Source of the DNA: a bacterium
Lineage (GTDB): Bacteria; Zhuqueibacterota; Zhuqueibacteria; Residuimicrobiales; Krinioviventaceae
Assembly (NCBI GenBank): GCA_963675755.2
Contig: CAXXMD010000003.1
Coordinates: 1-64,000, forward strand
Direction of reading: 5' to 3'
Length of the DNA: 64,000 nt
Below are positions 10,378 to 20,387 of this stretch, piece by piece. Both the position numbers and the translations under genes were made by a program. Below the pieces are notes generated by a model, which saw only the letters and a list, made by a program, of their open reading frames with translations, was not told the DNA's origin and did not search any database. The stretch's first letter is position 1, and each line of letters opens with the position of its first letter.

Positions 10378-12768
10378 TCACTCATAGCGCAAAGCTTTGA
10401 CCGGATTCTCAGTCGCTGCCTTGTAAACCTGCCCGGCAACAGTCAAAAACGCGATGAACAATGTTACAAACCAGGCCAGTATAAAAATACCTGGGCCGAT
10501 ATTTGTTTTGTAAGCAAAATTTTGCATCCATTTTATGCTTAAATACCATGCGGCAGGCGTTGCTATCAATACCGCAACATTAAGAAGAATAAAATATTCT
10601 TTCGATAACCCCAAAAGCACATTCCCGATCGATGCACCCAACACTTTTCGTACGCCAATTTCCCTTGTACGCTGTTCCGTACTAAAAGACACCAATCCGA
10701 ATAGCCCAATGCTGGCAATAAAAATAGCAAAGATTGAAAAAACGGTCATAATTTTACGGGTTTTCATTTCTGAAAAATACATTTTCGCATAGACATCATC
10801 CAAAATGAACCGTTCAAAATCTGCATTGGGAGCATATTGCGTCCAGATTTCACGCATAAATGAAAATAATTTTTGCATATTTTCCGGTTCACAACGTACC
10901 GATATATAATTCCGAAAATCAGGATTAATTAATAATACAACCCCTTCAACAGCCGAATGCAGGGACTTGAAGTTGAAATCTTTAACAACACCAATCACTC
11001 TCCCGGTTCTATCTTGCAATTCAGGCACTCTGAATTCTTTACCTACAGCGGTGTCCCATCCCAGTTGTTTTTTCAATTTCTCGCTTATAATATAAGCATC
11101 CGTTTTATCCGTTTCATAATTCCTCGAAAAATCACGTCCTTCAATTAATTCAAGCCCGAAAAACTTTAAAAAGTCATAATCTACTGCAGTACAGCTCGCA
11201 AACCACATTCGGTCATAGGTTTGGCCTTCAAACTCGAACTGTTTACCAAAAATACCATTCAGGTTTCTGGGACCATAGCCGCTTACATCTTTAACCCAGG
11301 TTTCCTGCAATAACTGTTGACGGATTGTCTCAAAATTATTCTGTACTTTTACCGGCATTTTAAAATCGACAACATGCTCTTTGTCAAAGCCCAGGTTTTT
11401 ATTTTGAATCCACTGTAATTGTTTATTGATTGTAAAACTGGTTACAATCAATACCATAGTTATAAAAAACTGGGCAACCACCAAAATACGTCGAATATTA
11501 AAAAATCCACTGGCACCGATATCACGGTTCTTGTTCATGATTGCTTTGGGTGCCGGTTTTGACAATACCTGCGCAGGATACCAACCGGTTAATAACCCGG
11601 CAATTAATGCAAGCAATGCCATGTATCCCAAAATCTGTATTCTGGATATACCCAGCATGCCCAATTCATTATCAAATAATCGATTAAACAAAGGCAGTGT
11701 TAGTTCAATAATCAAATAGCCCAAAAACATTGCCAGAAATGAAAACAAAATCGATTCTCCAAAAAATTGTCCCGATATTTGTGATTTTGTTGCCCCAATA
11801 GCTTTACGTATTCCTACTTCTCTTGCTCTGCGTTGGGCCCGTGCAGTTGCAAGATTAATATAATTCATACATGCTATAGCCAATACAAGCAAAGCGATTG
11901 CAGAAAACAGATAAATATAGGTAATATCCAGCTTGCGCCAGTTACGGTCCGCATCAATATTCGAAGAGTATAAATGAATTTTCTCCAGAGGCTGTAAAAC
12001 AAACGACAATCCGTCTTTAACCTCGGGGGGCATTATTTTCGAAACCAGTGCAGGCATTTTAGCTTCCAGTTGTTGAATATCTGCACCAGGAGCAAGCAAT
12101 AAATAACTCATAAAATCAAGATCATAATCATGATTTTCCATATAATCTTCTAACCAATAGGGATCAAAAGAGCACAATACCTGAAAATTCAAATGTGAAT
12201 TTCTCGGGGCTGCTTCTAAAACGCCGGTTATTTTATAATTGGCATCTTCACCAGCCTGCACAAACCGGCCCACAGGATTTTCTTTTCCAAACAGGGCATC
12301 AGCAGCCTCAGCAGTTAGCACCAGGCTCCTCGGTTCAACAAGCGCGGTTTTGGGATCGCCATATTTAAATTCATAGCTAAACACATCAAAAAAATCAGGG
12401 TCCGCACAATAAAACTCCCAATAAGGCTTGACCTTGTCACCATTCCGGACCATAACCGTTTCTTCAACCCTATACATGCGTACAAAACTTTCAATTTCAG
12501 GGAACTCTGTTTTTAACTCTGGTGCCATGCGACCATTGGTGCCGCCATTAATATGTTCATTGATCCCTTTCACATGTACATCAATAACCAGCCTTACCGT
12601 TCTATCGGATTTTTCATGAAAACGATCAAAAGATAAATGATAGTGGATCCATATAAAAAGAATCATACACAATGCAAGCCCCATCGCCAGCCCTGAAATA
12701 TTGATCACAGAATATATTTTTTGCCGAAACATATTCCTGATCGCAGTTTTAAAATAATTAATTAACAT
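10378..12768 (-). CDS. ABC transporter permease, MacB/FtsX family
   Basis: 796 aa; NYINLATARAQRRAREVGIRKAIGA, NPVKALRYE. Confidence 0.95.
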   Translation of the reverse strand: MLINYFKTAIRNMFRQKIYSVINISGLAMGLALCMILFIWIHYHLSFDRFHEKSDRTVRLVIDVHVKGINEHINGGTNGRMAPELKTEFPEIESFVRMYRVEETVMVRNGDKVKPYWEFYCADPDFFDVFSYEFKYGDPKTALVEPRSLVLTAEAADALFGKENPVGRFVQAGEDANYKITGVLEAAPRNSHLNFQVLCSFDPYWLEDYMENHDYDLDFMSYLLLAPGADIQQLEAKMPALVSKIMPPEVKDGLSFVLQPLEKIHLYSSNIDADRNWRKLDITYIYLFSAIALLVLAIACMNYINLATARAQRRAREVGIRKAIGATKSQISGQFFGESILFSFLAMFLGYLIIELTLPLFNRLFDNELGMLGISRIQILGYMALLALIAGLLTGWYPAQVLSKPAPKAIMNKNRDIGASGFFNIRRILVVAQFFITMVLIVTSFTINKQLQWIQNKNLGFDKEHVVDFKMPVKVQNNFETIRQQLLQETWVKDVSGYGPRNLNGIFGKQFEFEGQTYDRMWFASCTAVDYDFLKFFGLELIEGRDFSRNYETDKTDAYIISEKLKKQLGWDTAVGKEFRVPELQDRTGRVIGVVKDFNFKSLHSAVEGVVLLINPDFRNYISVRCEPENMQKLFSFMREIWTQYAPNADFERFILDDVYAKMYFSEMKTRKIMTVFSIFAIFIASIGLFGLVSFSTEQRTREIGVRKVLGASIGNVLLGLSKEYFILLNVAVLIATPAAWYLSIKWMQNFAYKTNIGPGIFILAWFVTLFIAFLTVAGQVYKAATENPVKALRYE

Positions 12769-12810
12769 CTCTTTACCTGATAATTTTTGTTTTCAACTTT
12801 TGTTTAACAT

Positions 12811-12958
12811 TCTGTTTTCAGATATCAGGCATCAGTATTCAGAAAAAACATTCCCAATTACTGATCACTAACAACTGAAAACTGATAACCATCAAAAAAT
12901 GACAATAAGCTCAACTTTTCCAAATTCACTTCTTACGTTTCACGTCTGCCGTTTTACG
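12811..12958. repeat. Composite 7-bp repeat element: inverted ACTGA-class pair plus CGT-class arm
   Basis: tctgttt-tcagata-tcaggca-tcagtat-tcag (12811-12842); ttactga-tcactaa-caactga-aaactga-taacc (12858-12890); ttcactt-cttacgt-ttcacgt-ctgccgt-tttacg (12925-12958), abutting the stop. Confidence 0.88.
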
Positions 12959-15343
12959 TTACTCATATCTCAACGCATCAATCGGATCCGCGTTTGCCGC
13001 CCGTATAGTCTGCCAGCTGATAGACAGCATGGCTATAAACATCGTTGCAATCCCTGCTGCAACAAACACCCATAATCCGATTGAAATCCGGTAAGCATAT
13101 TGCTGTAGCCAGTTATTCATTAAAAACCAGGCAATCGGCCATGCAATGACATTTGATAAAAGAATCCACAAGATGAACTTTTGGGAGAGTATTATCATAA
13201 TTTTAAACACTCCTGCGCCCAATACCTTGTAAACACCAATATCTTTAACTTTTTGCTCAATTGAAAATGCCGTTAATCCCCAAAGGCCAAGACAGGCAAT
13301 AAGTATAGTAAGTATCGAAAAATATTTAAACAACTCGCCCATACGCATCTCTGCGTTATAACTATTGTTCAGCTGATCATCAATAAAATAATAATCAAAC
13401 GCCTGATTGGGATAAACAGACAGCCATGCATCTTTTAAATGATCCAGTCCTTGCGGCAAAGCATTGGCATCAAAACGGATTGATATGGCCCTGTAATAAA
13501 GGTGTTGCTCCCTTGGATCAGGGACCCTAAAAATCAAAGGTTCAATTTTATCATGGAGTGTGCTGAAATGGAAATCTTTCACAACACCAATAATACGTCC
13601 TTTTCGGCGCCATACGGTCAGTTCACTCCCTACAGGTGAATCCAGTCCCATTTCTTTAACAGCTGTTTCGTTCAAAACATATGCCTCTTTAGCATCCGTT
13701 GCATATTGCTCTGAAAAGAACCGGCCTTCCTTCATTTCAAATTTATAGGCATCTGCCAATTCCGCATCAGTGTGCAATATCCATGTACTAAATTCACCCT
13801 TTTTCCCGGGCCATTGAATACCACCAGTACGTCCCAAAGATGACAGTTCTACGGGTTCTGATAGAGAAACTGCAAGAATACCGGGATTCGCCAAAAGTTT
13901 ATTTTTAAAAGCATCATATTGACTGTAAATATCGCCTTTAACGCGTATGCTCACAATATTTTCTTTATCATATCCTAAATTTGCATTTTGAAAGAAATGC
14001 AACTGATTAAACACGATAACCGTACTTGTCATGATAACAATAGATACGGCAAACTGGAAAATAATCAGCCCGCGCTGCATACGTTTTCCACCGCCTGTTG
14101 AACTGAAACGTCCTTTTAAAACCTGGATTGGTTGAAATCCTGAGACAAATATTGCAGGATACAGGCTGGAAACCGCACTTGTAAGCACCAATATTAGTAA
14201 AAGAAACGCAAGAAATTTAAAATCCGTAAATTGCGGGGACAGCATCTTGCCGGACAAATTATTAATAACAGGCAAAAACAGCTCTGCCAGCAAAAGCCCC
14301 AGAAAAAGTGCAGCCGCGGTTATAATAAATGTCTCACTAAAATGCTGCAAAACCAGATTTTTCCGTACTGCGCCAACCACCTTGTGTATACCAATTTCTC
14401 TCGCTCGCTTTAATGAAAGCGCGTTTGACAAGTTGATATAATTCATACTGGCAATCAATAACACAAGAACTGCAATAGCAGAAAACATGTAAACATACAT
14501 AATATCACCGGTTGCTTCAAAAAAACCAATATCTTTGGAATAAAGATGCAGCTTTGTTAAAGGCATTAACGAATAATATAAATCATCCAGATTTTGATTG
14601 GGTAGCTGCTCTCGTTCAAAGTCTGCAATTTCTTTATTTAATGCGGCAATATCAGTATGTTCTTTAACAAGGATATATGTATTGGATTGCTGATTCCCCC
14701 ACTTGTTCCAGCTATCAATACCAAAAGTTTGAGTAATAAAAGGGATAGGTACAAATATACTTCGCTGGATTTGTGAATTCCGGGGTATATCTTTTAATAT
14801 ACCTGTAATTTTCATGGATGTATCTTTACCGAGCAACGAAAGGACCAAAGTCTGCCCTAAAGGATTTGACTTGCCAAAATATTTTTCTGCCATACTTTTG
14901 GTGATTACAATCGAATTGGGATCAACCAAAGCGGTTTTGGGAGTTCCCTCAATATAATCAAATGAAAAAATTTCAAAAAATTCCGTATCAATAAATGCCA
15001 GGTTCTCCTCAAATCCGCGGTTACCATTTTTCAGATATATCTTAATAGATTCCGGTAAATTTATACACGCTGTAGCATTTTCCACCTGGGGGAAATCCTG
15101 CAAAAGAGCCAAAGAAAGCATCCGGGAAGTAACAGAAATCGTTGTGCCATTACTGGTACGCGATGCAAGATATATCCTGTTTGCATTTTTATGAAACCGG
15201 TCAAAAGACAGCTCATCCTGTACCCAAAGCATAATCAGAATAAAACAGCATAAACCCATTGCCAGGCCGGTAATATTGATCAGCGTAAAGCGTTTATGCT
15301 TGAACAAATTCCTAACAGCTATTTTAAAATAATTGATCAACAT
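12959..15343 (-). CDS. ABC transporter permease, MacB/FtsX family
   Basis: The ORF extends to 15379. The start MLINYF at 15343 is preferred (AGAGGA upstream, matches paralogue N-termini). Ends DPIDALRYE. Confidence 0.95.
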   Translation of the reverse strand: MLINYFKIAVRNLFKHKRFTLINITGLAMGLCCFILIMLWVQDELSFDRFHKNANRIYLASRTSNGTTISVTSRMLSLALLQDFPQVENATACINLPESIKIYLKNGNRGFEENLAFIDTEFFEIFSFDYIEGTPKTALVDPNSIVITKSMAEKYFGKSNPLGQTLVLSLLGKDTSMKITGILKDIPRNSQIQRSIFVPIPFITQTFGIDSWNKWGNQQSNTYILVKEHTDIAALNKEIADFEREQLPNQNLDDLYYSLMPLTKLHLYSKDIGFFEATGDIMYVYMFSAIAVLVLLIASMNYINLSNALSLKRAREIGIHKVVGAVRKNLVLQHFSETFIITAAALFLGLLLAELFLPVINNLSGKMLSPQFTDFKFLAFLLLILVLTSAVSSLYPAIFVSGFQPIQVLKGRFSSTGGGKRMQRGLIIFQFAVSIVIMTSTVIVFNQLHFFQNANLGYDKENIVSIRVKGDIYSQYDAFKNKLLANPGILAVSLSEPVELSSLGRTGGIQWPGKKGEFSTWILHTDAELADAYKFEMKEGRFFSEQYATDAKEAYVLNETAVKEMGLDSPVGSELTVWRRKGRIIGVVKDFHFSTLHDKIEPLIFRVPDPREQHLYYRAISIRFDANALPQGLDHLKDAWLSVYPNQAFDYYFIDDQLNNSYNAEMRMGELFKYFSILTILIACLGLWGLTAFSIEQKVKDIGVYKVLGAGVFKIMIILSQKFILWILLSNVIAWPIAWFLMNNWLQQYAYRISIGLWVFVAAGIATMFIAMLSISWQTIRAANADPIDALRYE

Positions 15344-15385
15344 ATTTCCTCTTATCTCTACAGACTTGTTAATTATCATATTTTA

Positions 15386-15419
15386 CGGCTTTTAGCTAAC
15401 AGCTATTAGCTTACAGCTT
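15386..15419. repeat. 7-bp AGC-class repeat tract
   Basis: cggcttt-tagctaa-cagctat-tagctta-cagctt, 3 nt from the stop at 15423. Confidence 0.85.
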
Positions 15420-15422
15420 GTT

Positions 15423-17813
15423 CTACTCATACCTCAACGCGTTCACCGGGTCCGCCTTAGCCGCCCGACTTACCTGCCAGGCAATGCTCAACATTGCAAT
15501 AACAAGCGCTATACTGCCGGCTGCAATAAATACCCACCACGGTATACTTGAACGATACGCATATCCCGACAACCATTTATTCATCACATACCAGCCGGCA
15601 GGCCAGGCAAGCAAATTACTCAGCACCACCCATTTCATATATTCTGCAGCAAACAGCTGCCAGATGCCTGAAACAGATGATCCCAACACCTTGCGGATGC
15701 CAATCTCTTTGGTTTTCTGCTGAATTGAAAAAGACGCCAGGCCAAATAATCCCAAACAGGCAATCAACATGGCAAATACAGCAAAACTGTTCAGCAATAC
15801 TGCGGAGCGCTCTTCACCCGCATAGACCTGTTCCAACTCGTCATCCACAAAGGTATAACTGAATGGATAACTGTGCCCGTGTTTTTGCCAGGTATCCTGG
15901 ATATATTTTAATGTTTCCTGCATATGATCAGACCGGATCTTGATCAATATGGCATGATTGAAAAATGGCTGTACAAACATTGCCAGCGGCTTGACCGGTG
16001 TTTTCAAACTACGGTAGTGAAAGTCCTTAACCACACCTATAATTTCACCGCGTTTGCCATAATGTTCAAACCATTTACCCACCGGCGAACCGGGGCCCAT
16101 CATTTTCGCGGCGGATTCATTCAGCATATAAGCACCACCATCCCAGTTGCTCATATCATTCGCAAATTCTTTAGAAAACGCCCGGCCATCAACAATTGGA
16201 ATATCAAACAAATCAAAAAAATCATAATGTACTGTGAGCCAATTAACCAATTCAGAATCTCCATCCGGTTTGCCTTCCCAGTTGGCAGGTGCCGCTGAAG
16301 TTTGCACGTCTCCGGGAGATTGAAAAGATTGCGTAACACCCAAAATGTCAGGGTTTTCAAGCAATTCCGTTTTCAATCCATTATAAAAGGAACCATCTTC
16401 CCGATATCCCCAATGCAGTACCATGGGTATAGAGATTACATTCTTGTGGTTATAGCCCACGTCAAAATTCCTTACATAACGTAACTGCTGAAACACAACA
16501 AATGTACTGATAAGGAAAAGGATGGAAAGTGTAAATTGTACTACAACCAAACCCTTGCGGATGCCTGCCCGATTTCTTCCGGGAATAATCTGATTTTTAA
16601 TTATTGCAACCGGTCTGAATTTGCTGATAAATAATGCAGGATAAATTCCCGCAGCCAGCCCCGTCAACACAGTCAATCCTGCCAAAACTGACCAGAATAG
16701 AGGCTGACCCGTTGGAATATGTGAAAATGTCTTGCCGGCAATATGATTAAACAAAGGCAAAATAAACTCTACAAATATCAGAGATACCATAAACGCCGCA
16801 GCGGTAACCACAAGTGATTCTAAAACAAACTGAACGATCAACTGACTGCGGTTCGCACCAATTGCCTTTTTCACACCAATCTCCGGCAAACGTCTGCTAA
16901 ATTGAGCAATGGACAAATTCATAAAATTAATACAGGCTATTACTAAAATCAGAATGGCTATACCTAAAAAAGTATAAATTTCTTTTATCTCCACAGCCGC
17001 TGCGTTAACAGGCACCGATTCTGGATGGGTATGAATTCCAACAAACGGAAAAATACGCAGCGTTAAATCATCAATTGAATGTTTGTGAGTAAAATTTACT
17101 ATTTTTTCTGCAACATTTGTTGCAGCACCTTTTTCATTCAGTTGAATATAGGTTGCACCAATATCCGGAACGTTCCAATCATCTATCCGGGAGCTGTACC
17201 GTACCATAAACGTGTTAATTGGGACCAAAAACTCGAAATCAAACATAGAGTTTCGGGGCAGATTTTCAAGCACTCCTGCGACCTTGAATTCAAATATAGG
17301 ATCAAATTTCAAAGTCTTGCCAACAGGATCCGTATCTCCAAAGTACTTTTGGGCCATTTTTTCTGTTAACAAAACATTATCAGGATCGCTAAACGCCTGT
17401 TGCAACGAACCTCTTATCATGGGAAAACTGAACATGCTCAAAAATGTTGAATCTACACCCAAAATGCGATTCTCGATAAAATGCTTATCCTCATAACTGA
17501 CAAGAAAATCATCCAAATAGTTTACCCGCGTTGCGTTAACAATCTCCGGGATTTCTGTTTTAAGCGCTTCAGCCAATGGCCCCGGAGTCTCAGTATAGGT
17601 TTGCACATTACCGCCCTGGTGCTCATCCGCAAGCACTATATACAATGAATCCGCGTTTTCATGAAACCGGTCAAAACTGAGCTCATCCGTCACCCAAAGC
17701 ATAATCAAAAAACTGGCGGTCAAACCAATCGCCAAACCCAGAATATTGATTAGAGAAAAGGTTTTATTCTTGAAAAGATTTCTCAACGCAATTTTTAGAT
17801 AATTACTTATCAT
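15423..17813 (-). CDS. ABC transporter permease, MacB/FtsX family
   Basis: Start MISNYL at 17813 preferred over 17846 by paralogue alignment; DELSFDRFH; DPVNALRYE. Confidence 0.95.
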   Translation of the reverse strand: MISNYLKIALRNLFKNKTFSLINILGLAIGLTASFLIMLWVTDELSFDRFHENADSLYIVLADEHQGGNVQTYTETPGPLAEALKTEIPEIVNATRVNYLDDFLVSYEDKHFIENRILGVDSTFLSMFSFPMIRGSLQQAFSDPDNVLLTEKMAQKYFGDTDPVGKTLKFDPIFEFKVAGVLENLPRNSMFDFEFLVPINTFMVRYSSRIDDWNVPDIGATYIQLNEKGAATNVAEKIVNFTHKHSIDDLTLRIFPFVGIHTHPESVPVNAAAVEIKEIYTFLGIAILILVIACINFMNLSIAQFSRRLPEIGVKKAIGANRSQLIVQFVLESLVVTAAAFMVSLIFVEFILPLFNHIAGKTFSHIPTGQPLFWSVLAGLTVLTGLAAGIYPALFISKFRPVAIIKNQIIPGRNRAGIRKGLVVVQFTLSILFLISTFVVFQQLRYVRNFDVGYNHKNVISIPMVLHWGYREDGSFYNGLKTELLENPDILGVTQSFQSPGDVQTSAAPANWEGKPDGDSELVNWLTVHYDFFDLFDIPIVDGRAFSKEFANDMSNWDGGAYMLNESAAKMMGPGSPVGKWFEHYGKRGEIIGVVKDFHYRSLKTPVKPLAMFVQPFFNHAILIKIRSDHMQETLKYIQDTWQKHGHSYPFSYTFVDDELEQVYAGEERSAVLLNSFAVFAMLIACLGLFGLASFSIQQKTKEIGIRKVLGSSVSGIWQLFAAEYMKWVVLSNLLAWPAGWYVMNKWLSGYAYRSSIPWWVFIAAGSIALVIAMLSIAWQVSRAAKADPVNALRYE

Positions 17814-17874
17814 GATGCATTTCCATTCAATCAATGCTAATTTCAACTTTAATTAAAGTCATGTTCTACGCTTT

Positions 17875-17902
17875 TGATAGCTATTAGCTGACAGCTATCA
17901 GC
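17875..17902. repeat. 7-bp AGC-class repeat tract / hairpin
   Basis: tgatagc-tattagc-tgacagc-tatcagc; tgatagct and agctatca are reverse complements. Confidence 0.85.
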
Positions 17903-17906
17903 TTTA

Positions 17907-20291
17907 TTATTCATACCTCAACGCCTTTACCGGTTCCGCGTTTGCCGCACGAATCACCTGCCACATCACGCTTGACAACGCAATAGCCAATGCCGCTATA
18001 CCGGCAAGAACAAACATCCACCATTGCAGTGATATCCGGTACGCGTATCCCTCCAGCCAGTTGTTTAACAGCCAGAAGGCCACGGGCCAGGCAATAATAT
18101 TAGCGACAAGCATACCTTTTAAAATATCCTTTAACAAACCATATACGATATGAAAAATAGACGCACCCAACACTTTACGCACACCGGTTTCTTTGGTTTT
18201 CTGTTCCGTGGCAAAGGTTACCAGACCCCATATTCCCATACCTGAAATGATCAGCGCCAACAATGTAAATATCTGAACCAAACGTCCTGCAACTTCTTCG
18301 GCATGATACAACCGCTCAAAACTCTCGTCCAGGAAAAAGTACTCGAAGGGTTTATCAGGATAAAACTGAGACCAGGTCTCTTTAACCGTACTTAGCAACC
18401 CGTCCAGATCCCGGGTATCTACCTTTAATGTCAGATGACTAAAAGTGGATGGCATGATCTGCACCAACAACGGATCAATCTTGTATTGCGCGCCAAGGTA
18501 ATTATAATCCTTGATCACACCCACGACTTCCAGTTCGCGCTGATCCATACCTTCTTTAATGTGTTTACCCAAGGCTTCTGTTGCGTTACTCCAGCCAAAA
18601 GCGGACAAAGCAGCTTGATTCACCAGGCAGGCATTCTGTGCATCACTGGTAATATTTTTATCAAACGCACGTCCCGCTATTATTTTAATATCATACATGG
18701 ATTGAAAATCCGTATCCCAAAAGGCATAATACACCATTTGCGATTTATCATCACTCTGCCCAATGACAGATGTCATCATACTGCCCGCACCTTGTCCCGG
18801 AACAGATGCCGATGCAGCGGCACTCAACACATCCGGAATACGTTCAAAACCAGACTTTAGCGCTTGATAGTTTCTCTCCATAGCCCGTATCCCCTGTACA
18901 GGGACCACTAGCTTTTGTGTTTGGTCAAATCCCGCATCCCTGTTTTTCATGTAACGGATTTGCCCCCCTACCACCAGCGTACCAATAATTAGCAATACCG
19001 AAACAGCAAATTGCAATGTCACCAGTACACGGCGGATACCAAATCCGCTGCTGTTCTTCATCATCCCCCCTTTGATCAACGTTATGGGTTTATATGATGA
19101 AATCAACAAAGAAGGATAAATACCAATCAACATTCCGGTTACAACCATCATCGATAATACAAAAGCACAATTTTTAAATGTCAACAGATTTAAGACATGT
19201 ATATCGACTGACAACAAGGACCGATACATGGGCATCAGAACCAATACAGCAATCAAAGCCAGGACTAACGAGATCATTAATAACAAAAACGACTCGAAAA
19301 AAAACTGAATTGCAAGCTGAATTCTGTCTGCACCAACAACCCGGCGAACCGTAATTTCTTTACTCCGTTTTACCGCCCGCGCTGTGGTCAAATTGATATA
19401 GTTAAACATGGCTGTAAACAGCACCAGCAATCCAATCCCGCCAAACAGATATAAACGTTTCACATTTCCGGTTGCTGTAAATTCATACTCTAAACCGGAA
19501 TGGAGATAAATATCCCGGATTGGCTGCAAAATATACGAATAACGGTTTTCACCTGAAGGATCACGAGTGGTATGTGTTTCTGCAAATCCGGCAAGTGCCT
19601 GACTAAAATCATCAGGATTCACCTGAGCACGCAGTTTGATATAGGTATACATTCCCGGCCAGTTCCAGTCCTGCATCCACGGCAGCCGGTCCAGTTGATG
19701 TATGGAAATAAATATATTGTACGGTAAATGGGTCTGCTGTGGTGCGTCTTTCAGTACCGCAGACACGGTATAATCCCGCTTATCCACTTTTAATATTTTA
19801 CCAATCGGATCTCCGTCACCAAAATATTTCTCAGCAATAGATTGCGTGATGACTATGGAATTCAAATCATTCAAAGCCGTTTCCGTATTCCCGGCAACGA
19901 ATGGCAGCGTTAATACCTGAAAAATTGACGGGTCCACGTACAGCATCAGGTCTTCATAAAAAGTTTTGCTTTCATATTTTACATTTACCCGATTAAAAAA
20001 GCTCATTACCCTTGCACTGGCTTCAACCTGAGGGAATTGCTCCTTTAACGCGGGACCCAACGGTGGTACATTCATAGCATAATCACGATCAGAGGCATCA
20101 TTTTTTATGCTCAATCCCACACGGTAAATCCTGTCCGCGTCCTTATGATACCGATCATACCCGGTTTCATTACTGATATATAGATAAATAAACACCACCG
20201 TAACCAACCCGAATGCCAATCCCAAAATATTGATTACGGAAGTGGTTTTGTTTTTCAAAATATTTCTGAATGTCATTTTAATCATATTCAT
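17907..20291 (-). CDS. ABC transporter permease, MacB/FtsX family
   Basis: 794 aa (start may be 20285); NYINLTTARAVKRSKEITVRRVVGA, EPVKALRYE. Confidence 0.95.
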   Translation of the reverse strand: MNMIKMTFRNILKNKTTSVINILGLAFGLVTVVFIYLYISNETGYDRYHKDADRIYRVGLSIKNDASDRDYAMNVPPLGPALKEQFPQVEASARVMSFFNRVNVKYESKTFYEDLMLYVDPSIFQVLTLPFVAGNTETALNDLNSIVITQSIAEKYFGDGDPIGKILKVDKRDYTVSAVLKDAPQQTHLPYNIFISIHQLDRLPWMQDWNWPGMYTYIKLRAQVNPDDFSQALAGFAETHTTRDPSGENRYSYILQPIRDIYLHSGLEYEFTATGNVKRLYLFGGIGLLVLFTAMFNYINLTTARAVKRSKEITVRRVVGADRIQLAIQFFFESFLLLMISLVLALIAVLVLMPMYRSLLSVDIHVLNLLTFKNCAFVLSMMVVTGMLIGIYPSLLISSYKPITLIKGGMMKNSSGFGIRRVLVTLQFAVSVLLIIGTLVVGGQIRYMKNRDAGFDQTQKLVVPVQGIRAMERNYQALKSGFERIPDVLSAAASASVPGQGAGSMMTSVIGQSDDKSQMVYYAFWDTDFQSMYDIKIIAGRAFDKNITSDAQNACLVNQAALSAFGWSNATEALGKHIKEGMDQRELEVVGVIKDYNYLGAQYKIDPLLVQIMPSTFSHLTLKVDTRDLDGLLSTVKETWSQFYPDKPFEYFFLDESFERLYHAEEVAGRLVQIFTLLALIISGMGIWGLVTFATEQKTKETGVRKVLGASIFHIVYGLLKDILKGMLVANIIAWPVAFWLLNNWLEGYAYRISLQWWMFVLAGIAALAIALSSVMWQVIRAANAEPVKALRYE

Positions 20292-20325
20292 TCCTTAATT
20301 TCACAACTTTTAGCAAACAACTGGA

Positions 20326-20386
20326 ACTCGTTTCACGTCATTCGTCTGCCGTTTCGCAGAAAACTGATCACTGACTACTGACAACT
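20326..20386. repeat. CGT-class arm plus ACTGA-class arm (7-bp periodic)
   Basis: actcgt-ttcacgt-cattcgt-ctgccgt-ttcgc followed by aaactga-tcactga-ctactga-caact. Confidence 0.85.
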
Positions 20387-20387
20387 T